Source: Raillietiella orientalis
Taxonomy: Eukaryota
Length of the DNA stretch: 64,000 nt
Assembly: GCA_036172245.1 (NCBI GenBank)
Contig: JAYWIR010000003.1
Location: 558,001-622,000, forward strand
Reading direction: 5' to 3'
Shown: piece by piece, positions 1 through 13,092 of the stretch
How positions within the stretch are numbered: the stretch's first letter is position 1
Layout: every line of letters begins with the position of its first letter
Notes under the pieces: model-generated
Database searches by the model: none
What the model saw: only the letters and a program-made list of their open reading frames with translations
Told to the model about the DNA's origin: nothing
Translations under genes and position numbers: made by a program

Positions 1-405
1 ACATCCTTTAGCAACTGCTGGGGGAGAACACACACACAGAAAAAATGCTGAAATTCGGTATTCTCGTAATTCTCGTTGAAATCTGCCGAACTTGTTAGCA
101 AATTTGCACGTTTCCCCTCCCCCCCCCCTCCTGGAATAGGAGGCGACACTGAGAGAATTTCGAAATTAAAAAACAAAAATATATGAAAATTAAAAAGTAA
201 CTGAAAGTTGAGTCTGTAGAGTTTTCAAGATTGGATAGAAGGAGATTGGAATTGTATTTTGTTTTTTTATCAAACATCGAATTTCCATATGGCGGAAATG
301 TTGGGCTTTATGAGAATAACAAAGTTGTGTTTTCCAGAGATGTTTCAATGTAAATACCAATGTTTTTTAACAAAAAGTCTCATGTAACTGAGCTACCTTC
401 TGTTG

Positions 406-3400
406 ATGATGAATGAGGTCCTAAGCACTTCAGTTCGTATTTTGGCCTGGTTATGTTTAATGTCAAAGGAATCCAATCAAGGTAATATCTTTTCAGTTAT
501 CTTGCTTGATGATCAATAAGCTCCCTTGTGTTTTTTGTTGATGTAGTGTTTAGATCATGTTTCTCTGCATGATAATGCAGACATGTGTTTCTAGAGAGAG
601 ATCTTTTTTGATATGAAATTGTAAAAAAAGTTATGAAATAAGAGTTTGTTTTCGAGTAATATTTCAGAGCTGACTTCAGAACCTTGTGTGATTCCTAAAA
701 CTATGAGAGCTACGTGGTTTTCAAGAGAAAATGGAAATGATACTCTCACAGAATTTGATGCTACACATATGACAAAGAGGGGAAAGTGCATTCTGATGCA
801 ACGATATGCTCCTGATAATTATACGTTTATATTTCAAAATAGCCCATGCTTTCATTGTCTCAAAGTACTTATTCGAACTCCAAATGTGTTAGAAAAAATT
901 GAAAGTAAGTTTGATATTTTGCTTAATTCCAGTGATCTGTATTTGAAAGTTTTTCAAAAATTACTGAATTATCCGAATATGTGTGAGCTTATTTGAGAAT
1001 ATAGATGGTTGTATACATGGCTGTATTGTGATGTAAAGAAGCTTGGTCTTCATTAAAATGCCATACTATCAATGCAATGACATCGCAGATTCTAAAATGA
1101 ATATATAGAAAATATTGAATTTGATATATGAAATATCGAATTTGTAGTCTAAATTTGCAAATAGAATCAGAAAATGAATATTTTAAGTAGTTTGAAGCAA
1201 ACGTGTGCAGTTTTCAGTGTTATGTTGAGACTGTGCATGGCAGGAGAACATGAAATTCTTTTAAAAATATGCCGTAATTAAGGAGAACGTGAATTAATAA
1301 TAAATTCAGAGTTTCAACTCATGAATAACTGAAAGTTTTCAGAGTAAATGAGTCTTGAGATTGTTAACATACCAAAAACAAGTCTGAAAGTCTGAAAAAT
1401 AAATGGAAGTATGAGCCTCAATTATATAAGATGTAAAATGGTTAAGTGTTCAAGAGTTCAATATTAATTCCATATAATTGAAAAAGATACAAAAAATCCT
1501 TATGGTCTGATAAGCAGGAATTGAAGTAAGTGCTCCGAACCCATTGATGCAAGGAACTGAATTAAAACTTATGTAAACTATGATCTTTCGGATTTTTTGA
1601 AAATCTCAGTAGTGAAATTTTACATCAGTTGTAGAAGATTTCTGAAAACACTGAAAAATTACAATTCAAAATAAAAAAAATGTAGCTTGATTTTACATAT
1701 TTGGGATAGATAGTTCCAGTAATAAAAGAATCATATTGTATGAATATTTGATTTTTTTAATTCATATATACCAAATGTGATCATCTCACAGGCATATGAA
1801 AAAAAAGCAATTACATTGTTATATTGTAAGTATTTTCCCCAAAATTAATAGACTACAGGCTTAATATAAATGTGACCACTGAACTGTTGAGTTCCCCCAA
1901 AATGAGGAATTTGAAAGTCATTTAATAGTTTGATACTGCTCTAAATTGGTTGTTTGATGATGAAAGTAGGGAGCAAGAAGTCATGGTAGAAAAGGTTTAT
2001 GGAAATTATTTGAATTTTTGTGTAAACATGCAGAGGATCATGTATTATACGTACATGCAAACCTAGTTGTGGATGCATTCACAGTAACAGATACGTATAC
2101 TGGACAAGGAATTTTTGGTTCTCTAATGAATGGAAACATAATTTACAAAAGTTTGGTGAGAAGATCTCAAGATAACAAAAGATTGTCAGATGTATCAATA
2201 AACAATCTTTTATAAGAATATTGGGCTTCTCCTGATGAGTTGATTGTACTTACACAGGAAAATTATCCACAGTTCCATAATTTATTGTAAATTAGAACAA
2301 AAATGACATCAAATAGGTTTTTGTTCAAAGTCCATAAGAAATTGATTGCTCCAAAAGATTTGATCGACGTTACATTTACATGTTAATTGAGGGGGAATTA
2401 GCAAGACATAGCAGAACTTTGGTATTGGGACAAAGAACAGCTGATTAATATAATGGAATGCATATGGAGATCTATTATCAGTTTAGATGAAAAATTTAGA
2501 TCACAATAGAATTCACTGTAATGAAGATACTTGGAATACAATTAAAAAACTCTCTCACCAACTAATGGAATATAAGTGTCTAAACTTCAAAATCCTGGAA
2601 GGTAGCAAAAAGAAAATTTGGGGAAGGACATGAAGAATCGGATTCTTGTACTGAACTTTAATGAGCTTGTAATTAGTATGTTGAGCAAGTCAGGGCTGCA
2701 CAGGAATCCCAAGGATTGGATTCTCGGAGTAATAGGAATCGAAAATTCGAGTATGATTCTATTAATTGATGAACTAGTGGAGTTGAATGAGGAATTTGTT
2801 AATAAAGAGACAAAAGCATCCTTCATTGATAAGTACAGTATGATTCATGTTATTGTTTAAAAACATAGGCCAAAAGTAATTGAGGTTGGAAAGAGAGATT
2901 ATTCTAACAGTAGCTTCAGTATGTGTATGAAAGCAAATAATTATTTATTTTGCTGAATGTATGTACTGGAAAATTTGATGTGAAGGTATGCAAGCTACCT
3001 AGTAAAAACACAGAGATGAAAAACGAGTAATAAACTCAAGAGGAAATAATCAAAGTTATAAGATAGAGCAGGAATAGCGTATAATGATGGATGAAATTTC
3101 ATGGAGTACACAAAAGGTATTACAAGATGAGTAAGGTGTTACAAGGCTCAGTTGCATTCTGGAAATAAAGAAAAAATTAAATCAAAAAATTCCAATCAGG
3201 AAAAATATTTTATAACTTGGCAAATATAGGAATTAATTGAAGTCACTAAACTGTATTATTTAGTGAATTGAATGTGTGCAAGGATATACATAAATGAAGT
3301 TAAACAAAAAACATCATGTGCACTGAAACTGGGAAGCAATTAAACAAATTTCTATTCTTTAGGAGTTGGGAAATCAGATTAAAACTTAAAAAGAAGCTAG

Positions 3401-6400
3401 TGAGAGTCCATATAGTATAATGTCCTTAATGGAAAATTAATTTGAATAATCTTGTTTGATGCTAAAAAGTGCAAACTTACATTGTAGCTCAAAAATTTTA
3501 ATGGACTGCAATTCTAAAGAGTGTTTTGTGATGAACACTTGATTGATAAAATGAATTAGGTATTTTACAAAGGGGGTTTTTTGATGTCATAAATAAGATT
3601 GTAGGGATATGAAATTAAAAAAATGCGATAATCATGATTGAATAAATTGTTGATCTCTTGTCTGTTTTATAAATGCAAATTGACTGCCCAAATGTGGGAA
3701 TGTGACCTAAAGTTATATTAAGAATGACTTAACAGGTATTGAATGTTAGGTAGCATAATTCATGAAAGTTACCAATGTGCTCAAATGACATCCGAAATTT
3801 TAATGATTCTTATTATGAAATAAAATTGACCACTCTAATGGAGTTATCTCTCATGGATATCCTAAATGGACCTTGTGATTTATTGATACTTTCTGATCAT
3901 ATTCATATTTTCAAGATGTTTTGCTTTTTCAATAATGGTATTCATACATTAAGAGTGTGCCCAAGCTTTGCATCAATACTATGAAACAAAATTTCACAGA
4001 TTCCTTTTTGAAAGTTATGAGATACCATGAGTTTCAAGTACACTTTGAGTCACTGTCAAGTTCTCTGGTGGTAATGAAAGATGGCTAACCTTGCCTGTGG
4101 TGATCATAACCAATACAATCCATTAAATGTAGAGGAGTGCATTGTTATGTGTGATACTCATGAAAACAGAGAAACTGACAAAGTCTAGTATCTCTGAATG
4201 CAGTTGTTTGCTGTGTTGACAAAATCAGGAAAATTATGAGCTATCAGAGCTGTAAATTCCAAAAATTTGATGTGTTTCATAAATTATGCTAATGTAATCT
4301 TATTTGCATAATTTAAGAAACTGTTGTGATGCTTGTCTCCTGATAGCAAGTGATTGAGATTAACAATGTTTGAACCTTCTATACCAAATTGTTGTTTCAT
4401 AGGTATTTAGCAACTTTATTGTCATTGAATCTGTATTGAAATATTTTCCTCTTTTGTATATGTAATTCTGCTATGATTAAATGTAATTGTTAGTTTTTGA
4501 AGCATTGGTATAATATTATCGGTTTTCTAAATATTGTATGAGTTTATGCCAAAAATTGATGCAAACAGTTTTTTCCTTGAGTTCTTAATTTATTAAAATC
4601 GGTGATGTTCCAATTTTTTTTTTTTTTTCTGCTCAATTTTCATGTATTATGAAAGGGTATATGCACACAAATTTCATCAGATTAATCAATTGTCCAATCA
4701 ACTTGCAATCTTGTGCTTCAGTATGGAAGAGTTTATTTTATTGTGACTGAAATGTGAATGCTTTTTTATACCATGTTAGGATAGGCAGTCATATGTTTGT
4801 GAAATCTATTAGGTATTGTTATTTTTGTTGTGCACATTAGTTCCAATAAGTAAAACTTTTTAATGAATGTATAACTATAAATGTTTAATGTTGTATATTT
4901 TAGCTGGATGCCTTAATATCGAAAAAAATATTTCAATGGAGAATGTCTGTGGTGGATTGAAGTATGATACTGAAATGATTACTTTGTTCAATGAAAACTA
5001 TGTTGCTCAGCATTGTCGCTCTAGTGTAGAGGGAGTCTGGCAGTTTGCTTACCAGAACCGATACCGTTTTACTGGGGAGTGTAATCACCCACAAGCATTG
5101 ATCACTTCCTGTGAAGAGGCTGGCAATCAATTTCTTATTACCAATCAGAAGTTTACTATAAGTTATAGACACTGTCCTGGTATGAAAGGAGCAGAAGACA
5201 AAGGTAAGAAAAGTAAATAGAACAACACTGATCATAGAACCATAAGTTACTGAATATAGTTGTTTGGGAGACTGGCTAGTCGGTAAAAATCATTTTTTTG
5301 CTGTTGCCAATACAAGAGAGTCCAGACCAGATGAACGATATCGATGTTTCTTACGCAATCGTGATGACGACTTGTTTATGGGTGTGTCTATCACAGCTGA
5401 ATGTAATATTCTTAAGACACCTGAATCCAGTCCCGAGAGACTTCGTCTAACACCTGGTACTCTCCTCCACACTTTATGTCTAGGTTTATTTTCTAACTCA
5501 GCAAAGCCTGAAACCGTGGTTCCGGGATGTCGTTTCCCACAAAATTTCACTGGAACTTGGATTAACACAGCCAATTTGGATGCAAAAGTACAGATAAATG
5601 AAACCCACATGGTAGAGAGATTTTATCCTGATGAAGGAAGATACAGGGAAAACATTTATATTTGCAAAGAGCAGAGAGGGACTCGTTTCATGTTAGTCAG
5701 GCTTGGAATACTAGGCTGGTTAGTTGAGAATTAAGTTTCATCATATATTTAATGCTCTGTTTTCCAGTCAAAAGGAGTACGTTTGCTTTGAGTTTCTTCC
5801 ACGACATCATAATATCATTCGCTTTAGGAAGAGTCAGGAGTTCATTGTGGATGATTTCAGCACTGTATGTGCATGGTTAGCCTTTCCAAGTCTCAAGGAT
5901 TGGCTCTATGACATTCTGGTGTCTCAAGAACGTGTTCCAATACATTGTCCAATAGCTGGAAAGTTCAATTTCACCCAGCATGGTGAAATCCCTTTTGAGA
6001 GTCGTATTCTGGATGGTGTGACACAGAATCCCATTGATTTGTATTACTGCAAAGAAAACATATCGGATTTCAGTGTATGTGACACTAATCAGAAGGAAAT
6101 TGCTATTGATGCTGATTACTGTGTTGCTGTGGATAAAATTGGTCGGCCTATTGATATTTATAGTAAGATGGTTTGCTAATGATTTTCCGTTGATGCAGAT
6201 TTTTCCAGCTCGTCCTGATTACAAGCTTACCTGTTTAGGTTTTTGGAAAGAAAATCTTAAGTCATATCTGATCACTTATGATGTACGAGATGCCTTCAGT
6301 TATCGCTGTTGGGTGTATCAAAGAGCTGATTTGGACAGAATATTGATGTCACAATCCTTAGGGTCATCTTGTAGTGTTCAGCAAACTGCCCAGTCCTGGA

Positions 6401-6606
6401 ATCATACTGAAGGTGCAAGTGCTGCTCTACATATGGTTGTATATGAAAGAGAACGGGATCAATGCCCACTTTATTTTGATGATGGATCTAATCCTTATGA
6501 AGCTCTAGAAACCCAAGTTTTAGTATTTGATTTTGATAGTGGATTAGATGTGTTGCCAACACACCTGGTGCTTACTATCTGTGTGAGCCTTCTTATGTTT
6601 CATTAA
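406..6606 (+). CDS. Uncharacterised Cys-rich extracellular protein of a conserved invertebrate family (DUF7042/7043/7044-like), ~610 aa, signal peptide plus C-terminal hydrophobic (GPI-like) tail
   Basis: Seven phase-compatible GT-AG exons: 406-481 (MMNEVLSTSVRILAWLCLMSKESNQ), 668-904, 4904-5203, 5247-5456, 5502-5718, 5768-6162, 6209-6606 (1833 nt, TAA stop). Repeated Cys/Trp modules (YSCLGDW..HFFAVANT, GCRFPQNFTGTWINT, CLGFWKENLKSYLITYD). Ends LPTHLVLTICVSLLMFH. The family name is from recall, not from a search. Confidence 0.85.
1930..2940 (+). pseudogene. Possible degenerate coding relic (transposon- or virus-derived, RFX-like winged helix) in the 4 kb intron 2 of gene 1
   Basis: Stop- and frameshift-broken but protein-like frames: FDTALNWLFDDESREQEVMVEKVYGNYLNFC / KHAEDHVLYVHANLVVDAF..NIIYKSLVRR, then further fragments (ORFs 2018-2215, 2618-2860). 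No termini identified. Confidence 0.3.
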
Positions 6607-9600
6607 CGAAAAGTGATACTTTGATGCCGTCCAGTCAGTCATATTGTATTTAATTTATTTTATTAGCCCTTATCATGGATTCAAAAATTATACATTACAT
6701 AAAGTTTTTGCTATCAATGGCGAAATTTTTCTTGCAGATTTGTTTTGTGCCATGCAAACATATTTCCGATATTATTGCAGAATATAACTATAGCCACTTA
6801 TATACAGAATAAACCCATTCACATTGTTGATTTCAAGCTATCCATTTAAATATCCACAAAAAACGTCGCTTTGTTCATTACACAATACTTACGAACACTG
6901 AATACATTTTGGACCTATTGTGAATTATAATTACATACCAAAGCAACACGATATCAAGCTGTTCTCTGGAGGTGACTATTTGGACTTTTCAACAATCGGC
7001 AGTTTCCAAAACCGCCAGTTCGTTTATTTATGTTACTCGTTATTCGTAACCGTGAATATGAAACATCCGTTTCTTCACAAAAAAGGGGAAGCTGGTAGGA
7101 GCACAAAAACAAAGGAGCTCACTTTGTCCAAGGAATAATGAGACGATAATGCCTACACACTACGCAAAACAAATAGCGAAAACTAAAAATTATTTCCCTA
7201 AAATGATGCAACAGTATGCCCTGTCCGTAACAAATCCAGAAAGAAGCCTCGTTTTCGCAAGGTTAAAACGAATAAGCAGTATATGAACATACGTATATCT
7301 CGACGTCCAGTCTTTGGACGATCTGCTTATGGTGACCACCGAATACTTGGAAGCATCCTCGGATGAAACCTCCCCAAATCTGATTGGATCATCAAAGCAT
7401 AACAAATTAACAGATCTTTCGACAGTATGTTATACAAGATAAGAGTCATTTTGAAAGCATACAGCTTTTTATTAGAAAATAAAACCAACTATGAAAAATA
7501 AAAGTATCAAATAGTATGTGACTATAAACTGTTCACAAATTGTTTCATCACATTGAAGGGATCCAGTTATGCTTTGCTGTTTGGAAATATGAAATAGTTC
7601 TTATTAAACACCTGCGAACTACTTTCAGTTAATTCTATGAAATGATAAAGGATAAGGCTGGGATCTCGTGATTAAACCCGAAGCTCCAGATAGTTCCTAC
7701 AGGAAGTCAGTGAACCACGAAAGTAATTAAGCCGAGCTATTAAGCTGAGCTGATCTTATTTTTGATAACAGACTGGGTTGAGGAAGATAAGGCAATGTCG
7801 GAAATTTACTTCAATACTTATAATAATTGAAAACCATCTTTTGAGTACCGGACGGAAAAATCGGTGTTGCGATGAAGGAAAGAGATCTTACTTTGACGCA
7901 AGATATTTTTTTTAAAAGATCATTTGAACACAAACGTGTCCTTTCCTGATGATTGCAAGAAAAATCGACCCCGCAAAATCAGATTTCATAATAGTACTTT
8001 GCTGTCCCTGCTTCAGTTATCATTTGGTACATCAATGTTTTCCAATTGTGGCAAATATTGATAGACCATTTTATTTTATTATGTGCAGACCAATCATAAT
8101 CTTTCTATAAGAAATCTAAGAAATTGCTTCACAATTTAAAATTTTTTCCAGTTGTTTCCTTGTGCTTGTGCATGTTGTTTAATGAGCATAAGTGCAAAGT
8201 TTATTTTAACAATGATGGCACTTGTGAGATTGAGTTCTCTACGTGTGTCCATTAGACATCGCTGTTCTATGAAGCTAACGTCGTTTAGGACTGAAGACTC
8301 CTTCAGCTAATTTGAGATTCATCCAAGAAATATACAAGTTTTTTTTCTCGTTCAATTATCAATTGCTTCGAAAGGCTGGGATAATGTGGATATGTTTTAC
8401 GAGAAATGGAAAGAATGAAGAGTAGATTGCTTAATCACACATTAAATACTACATAGCAAAAGAAATTCAAAAACGGAAACCACGGCGAATATTTTTAATG
8501 TTTTTTCATTTAGGTTTTGAGTTCTATCCGTCAGTTGCATCTGATTAGTTTATTATAGATAATTATTCATAAAAATTACAATTCATCATCTTTTGATCCC
8601 CATATCAAGAGATGCCACTGAAACTGGTGAAGAACGAATAGAAATACTAACTTCTTTTGAAAAATTGGCGTTTTTTTTTTTAATTTGATGCTTGCATTTG
8701 CTTCGTCAGTTTACATGTGAGAGGACATTGGTCGATATTCATTGGTTGTTATTATATTCACAGACTTGTTGTAAATTCAATTTTCTGACTAATCATTTTG
8801 CGTACAATATAGGTTCATATCCAATAAATTATTCTAAGAATTGCAAATTGTAATTTCAGTGCAATCTACAAACTTCTAAATTCTAATTTTCGCTTGAATA
8901 AATTTTGTAAATCGTGTACACTTAATGGTGTTTATTGGCATTAGTTTTAATATTCTTCAAACGAATCCAAATATTCACTGCTACAGGTAGAAAATAACGA
9001 TAAATTTAAGTGGCTATATGGATCCCTATACTCTTAAACTGCGGTTCTGTAAATTTGGATGCTTTTTATAATCATTGCATCCAGATGTGTTTGGTATTCC
9101 TATCATGAGGTTTGATGTTTTCTGTGGTGCAGGCTGTGTTGGTTTTTAATGCAATTTGAAGATAGTAGTGTTGAAGGCTATTTGATCTTAATCTTTGCTC
9201 CAAGTTTACGTGTCAAGGCCTTTCTAAATTTGTGAACTCCCTTTTTGTTTTAGCATTCAATAAATTGAGAATTTTCAGTGCTTTTTATAACTGCGACAGT
9301 GCGTTCGTTTCATTTTTGAAAAGCAAAGCCTAACTTTTATCGCATATATTTTCATGTATATGTGTTAGAATCGACTTCCTTAAATTTCTGTTTGTTTGTT
9401 TCCTGAAGTATGCCAAAAGGACGCAGTAAATGAATTCCAATTGTAAGTTAATTTGGTTAATTCATCACACAGGCGAAGCACGCAATGAAATCACCAAAAA
9501 TCGAGATTAGAGAAATATGCATCATTGCGCGTTTATAATTATGAAAATTAGGTATATTGTTTTCTACTCAAATACCCCACTTAACAAAATTTCTGCTTTA

Positions 9601-9891
9601 CTAATTGAGTATTTCCAGGTTTCATGTTATCATGAACTCAGGTATTATATTCAGTGAACCATTTGTTATTAATACCAAGTTTTATCAATTACTATAATCA
9701 GAATGTAATGAACGAAAATGCTGTTGATACCTTTTTTAAATTTATGCTGCATGTATTTCAATTTGTCCAAATATCAGAATGCGTATTTGAATAAATAAAT
9801 ATTGTGTCATTTCTGAAATAATTTGTTTGTATTGTTTTTAAACATGAGGTATTCCATTTTCCCCTGAAACTTAAATCTTTTAGATCCTATA

Positions 9892-10438
9892 ATGGAAATT
9901 GATGATCAAAGTGAAGATGGTGAAATAGCTGATGAAAAAGTTTTGCTCCAGCATGTACATAGTGACTTAAGGTACTGATGATTTAATTTTCACTGTTGCC
10001 ATTGTAGTTCTTAGTAATGTGTCTTCTGAGGGTGAAAACAATGAATCATTGGACATCAAGCCACCTCAGCATCATTCAATTAAAGAAAAACATAAGAAAG
10101 AAAGACTCAAGGATAAAAGTCATAGAAAAGATCGTAAAGAAAAGAAAAATAGAAAAAGTGTGATTTCTATTAAAAGTAGTCGACACAGAAATCATATTCG
10201 TGAGGAAAGAGTACGTGACTACTACAAGCATTATAGGTGTGTAGCATTTATTTTGAATTCTCCTGTCCCCACAGAACTGGACAGTTATTAGAGAAAAAGA
10301 ATGAATGAGACTAAAGTCTAAATCAATAAAATAAAGATAAAGCAAGGATGTGGGAAAAGTGTGTTTCATGAAGAATAAGAAAAATGTGTAAATCTCAAAT
10401 TAGCACAAGTTTACAAAGAGTAAGATCCATGTGTACCT

Positions 10439-10535
<97 letters not shown>

Positions 10536-13092
10536 CTAATATTACTAATTTCTAAATGATGCGAATTTTTTATGAAACGAAAATAATTGCATTTGAGAAC
10601 GTAATTTAAATAAGTGACATGAAAATTGAAATCTTTGTAAAGGTAGCTTTTCCAAGCCAATTTTTTTGATGTATCAGGATACTGTTGTTGATCAGCTCCT
10701 GTCCCCTTTCCTTTGGGCATGGAAAAAGGAATATATATTGTATTGACATGTAGGGTTTTGTAGAATGTACAAGTTTGGTTTGAGTGACATTATTTATTAA
10801 TTTATTTGTTTCAGGGAATATCGGGATGAACAGCGTCACAGAGTGCATGAGAGGCATTGGGATAGCAGTGAAGTAGAAGACCTTCGTGAGAAACTACTTC
10901 GGGATCAGAAAGAACATGATTGGGAAAACACAACTAAAAGGAAAGAAGAATACGGGAAGGAGACTTCTGAAAAAGAAAAAAGGAGGGAACGTTTTCTTCA
11001 AGCAGGTATTTCATTTTAGTAAGCAAGTGTTTGGGGGCTGTTTTCCCAGACTGTGGTAGTTTTTTTCTTTCCTTGTGTCCCATTTCTCTGAAAAGAGAGA
11101 AAGTATACTGAAAGCGTTGCATTCAGAATACTTAAAAAAAAACTTTCTTTAAAATATCTCTACATGTATACTTTTCAGAACGAGAAAGGAAAAAACTCAA
11201 AGAGCAATCAAAAAAAGAGCTTGAGGATAGGAGGAGGAGAAGGGAAATGGAAAGGAAAAAAGAAAAAGCCACCCGCTTGGATGCAAAGGTGGCATCCCTT
11301 GTTCACATGAAAGACTCAGTTCCTTTGAGGTCTAGTTTGGGCTCCTTTACTTCACAGCATGATGTTGTAGATACCCTTAGAGGTTAGTGGTTTTGCATTA
11401 GGCATTTGCTGATGACTCTGCTCTAGCAGTTACTCCAGTAGTCAAGAAAAGACTGCATGGTGCTGAAAATGTCCATGTGGTGGAGATTGATGAAGCTAGT
11501 GAAGTAGAAGATGAAGATGCATCTGTGCCCAGCTCTCCAGATAGCAGAAGCAGCATGCCATCGGGTGATGACTCAGGTGAGAACTAAACAAAAATAGGAT
11601 CAGTGGTTCATCATTATGAGGAATAACAGGTAATAGAAGCGATAAGGAAGATATGGAAGAGGAGGAGGAGGAGGAGGAAGAGGATGGTGATGAGGAAGAC
11701 CAACAGCCATCTTCTCACAGTTCAGATAGTGGACACTTCAATGAGGAAGAAGTGGATCCTAGAAGCAATGGTGATGTGTCTGGTCAAGTAGATCTGCCTG
11801 TAGCTTTGCAAGATGAAGCAAAAGAGGGGGAAAGCATATCTACTGTATCCTCTCCCAAGCAGCTTCCCAAGGAGGAGCTGCCATACTTTTATCCAGGTTT
11901 GCAGGGCTGTCGTAGTGTGGAGGAGTTCCACTGTCTCAACAAGTAAGTGACATGTCATGTAGCTCTGATTGCATTTTCTACAGAATTGAAGAGGGAGCAT
12001 ATGGTGTTGTGTACCGAGGCAGGGATAAGCGTACTAATGAAATAGTGGCATTGAAGCGCTTAAAGATGGAACAGGAAAGGGAAGGTTTCCCGATTACTTC
12101 TCTTCGTGAAGTGAATACATTACTGAAAGCACAGCATCCCAATATTGTGACAGTGCGTGAGATTGTAGTTGGTAGTAATCTAGACAAAATCTATATTGTA
12201 ATGGATTACATTGAGCATGATCTCAAGTCTCTCATGGAAGTTATGAGAGAGAAAAAGACTCATTTTGTCCACAGTGAAGTCAAGACCCTCCTTCTGCAGT
12301 TGCTGCGTGCTGTGGCACACTTGCATGACAACTGGATTCTCCATAGAGACTTGAAAACTTCCAACCTACTGCTTAGCCATTGGGGGGTCCTGAAAGTGGG
12401 CGATTTTGGTCTGGCCCGTGAATATGGTTCGCCTTTAAGACAATACACTCCTGTGGTAGTCACTTTATGGTATAGGGCACCAGAGCTTCTGCTTGGTCAG
12501 GAGCTCTATTCAGTGCCTATTGATATGTGGTCAGTTGGCTGCATCTTTGGTGAGCTGCTACTCATGAATCCATTGTTTCCTGGAAAGTCAGAAATAGAGC
12601 AGCTCAACAAAGTTTTTATGGTAGGTGTTTTTTCATTTTCTTTTTTTTAATGCCTAGTTACTCTAGGACCTAGGGACTCCTAATGAAAAGATTTGGCCTG
12701 GTTATAGTCGTCTTCCGAAAACAAAGAGTATTAAATTCTCAGACTACCCTTACAACAAACTGCGAAACAGGTTTGCTGACTACAAGCTGACAGACCTTGG
12801 ATTCGATCTTATCAATCGATTTCTCACATACAACCCTAATCGGAGGATAACTGCTGAAGATGCTCTCAAACATGAGTGGTTCACAGAGAAACCTTTCCCA
12901 AAAGACCCTTCCATGTTTCCCACATTTCCAGCAAAAAGTGAAATGATTAAAGGACACAGGAAACATGCTCATAGTCCCAAAGCACCATCTGGTGGTAGGC
13001 AATACAAGCAGCTGGGAGAGACAGATGATGAGATGGGATTTCATCTGACTGGTGCTGAACAGAAACCTACTGGTTTCAGTCTGAAATTCTAG
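9892..13092 (+). CDS. CDK11: Cyclin-dependent kinase 11 (PITSLRE), ~740 aa
   Basis: Exons 9892-9971, 10015-10236, 10815-11005, 11179-11382, 11427-11576, 11630-11942, 11984-12620, 12667-13092 (2223 nt). SLDIKPPQ motif, RE/RD-rich region, poly-[49 protein letters not shown] and terminal GFSLKF*. N-terminal exon borders are less certain than the kinase exons. Confidence 0.95.
10441..10536. repeat. Compound microsatellite (AC)25-(AT)n-(ACAT)n in CDK11 intron 2
   Basis: Read directly from the sequence. Confidence 0.95.

Noticed and set aside
7000..7440. Minus-strand ORF 7405-7190 with nearby splice-like signals
   Set aside because: Could not build a phase-consistent gene or recognise homology; a small gene is not excluded.
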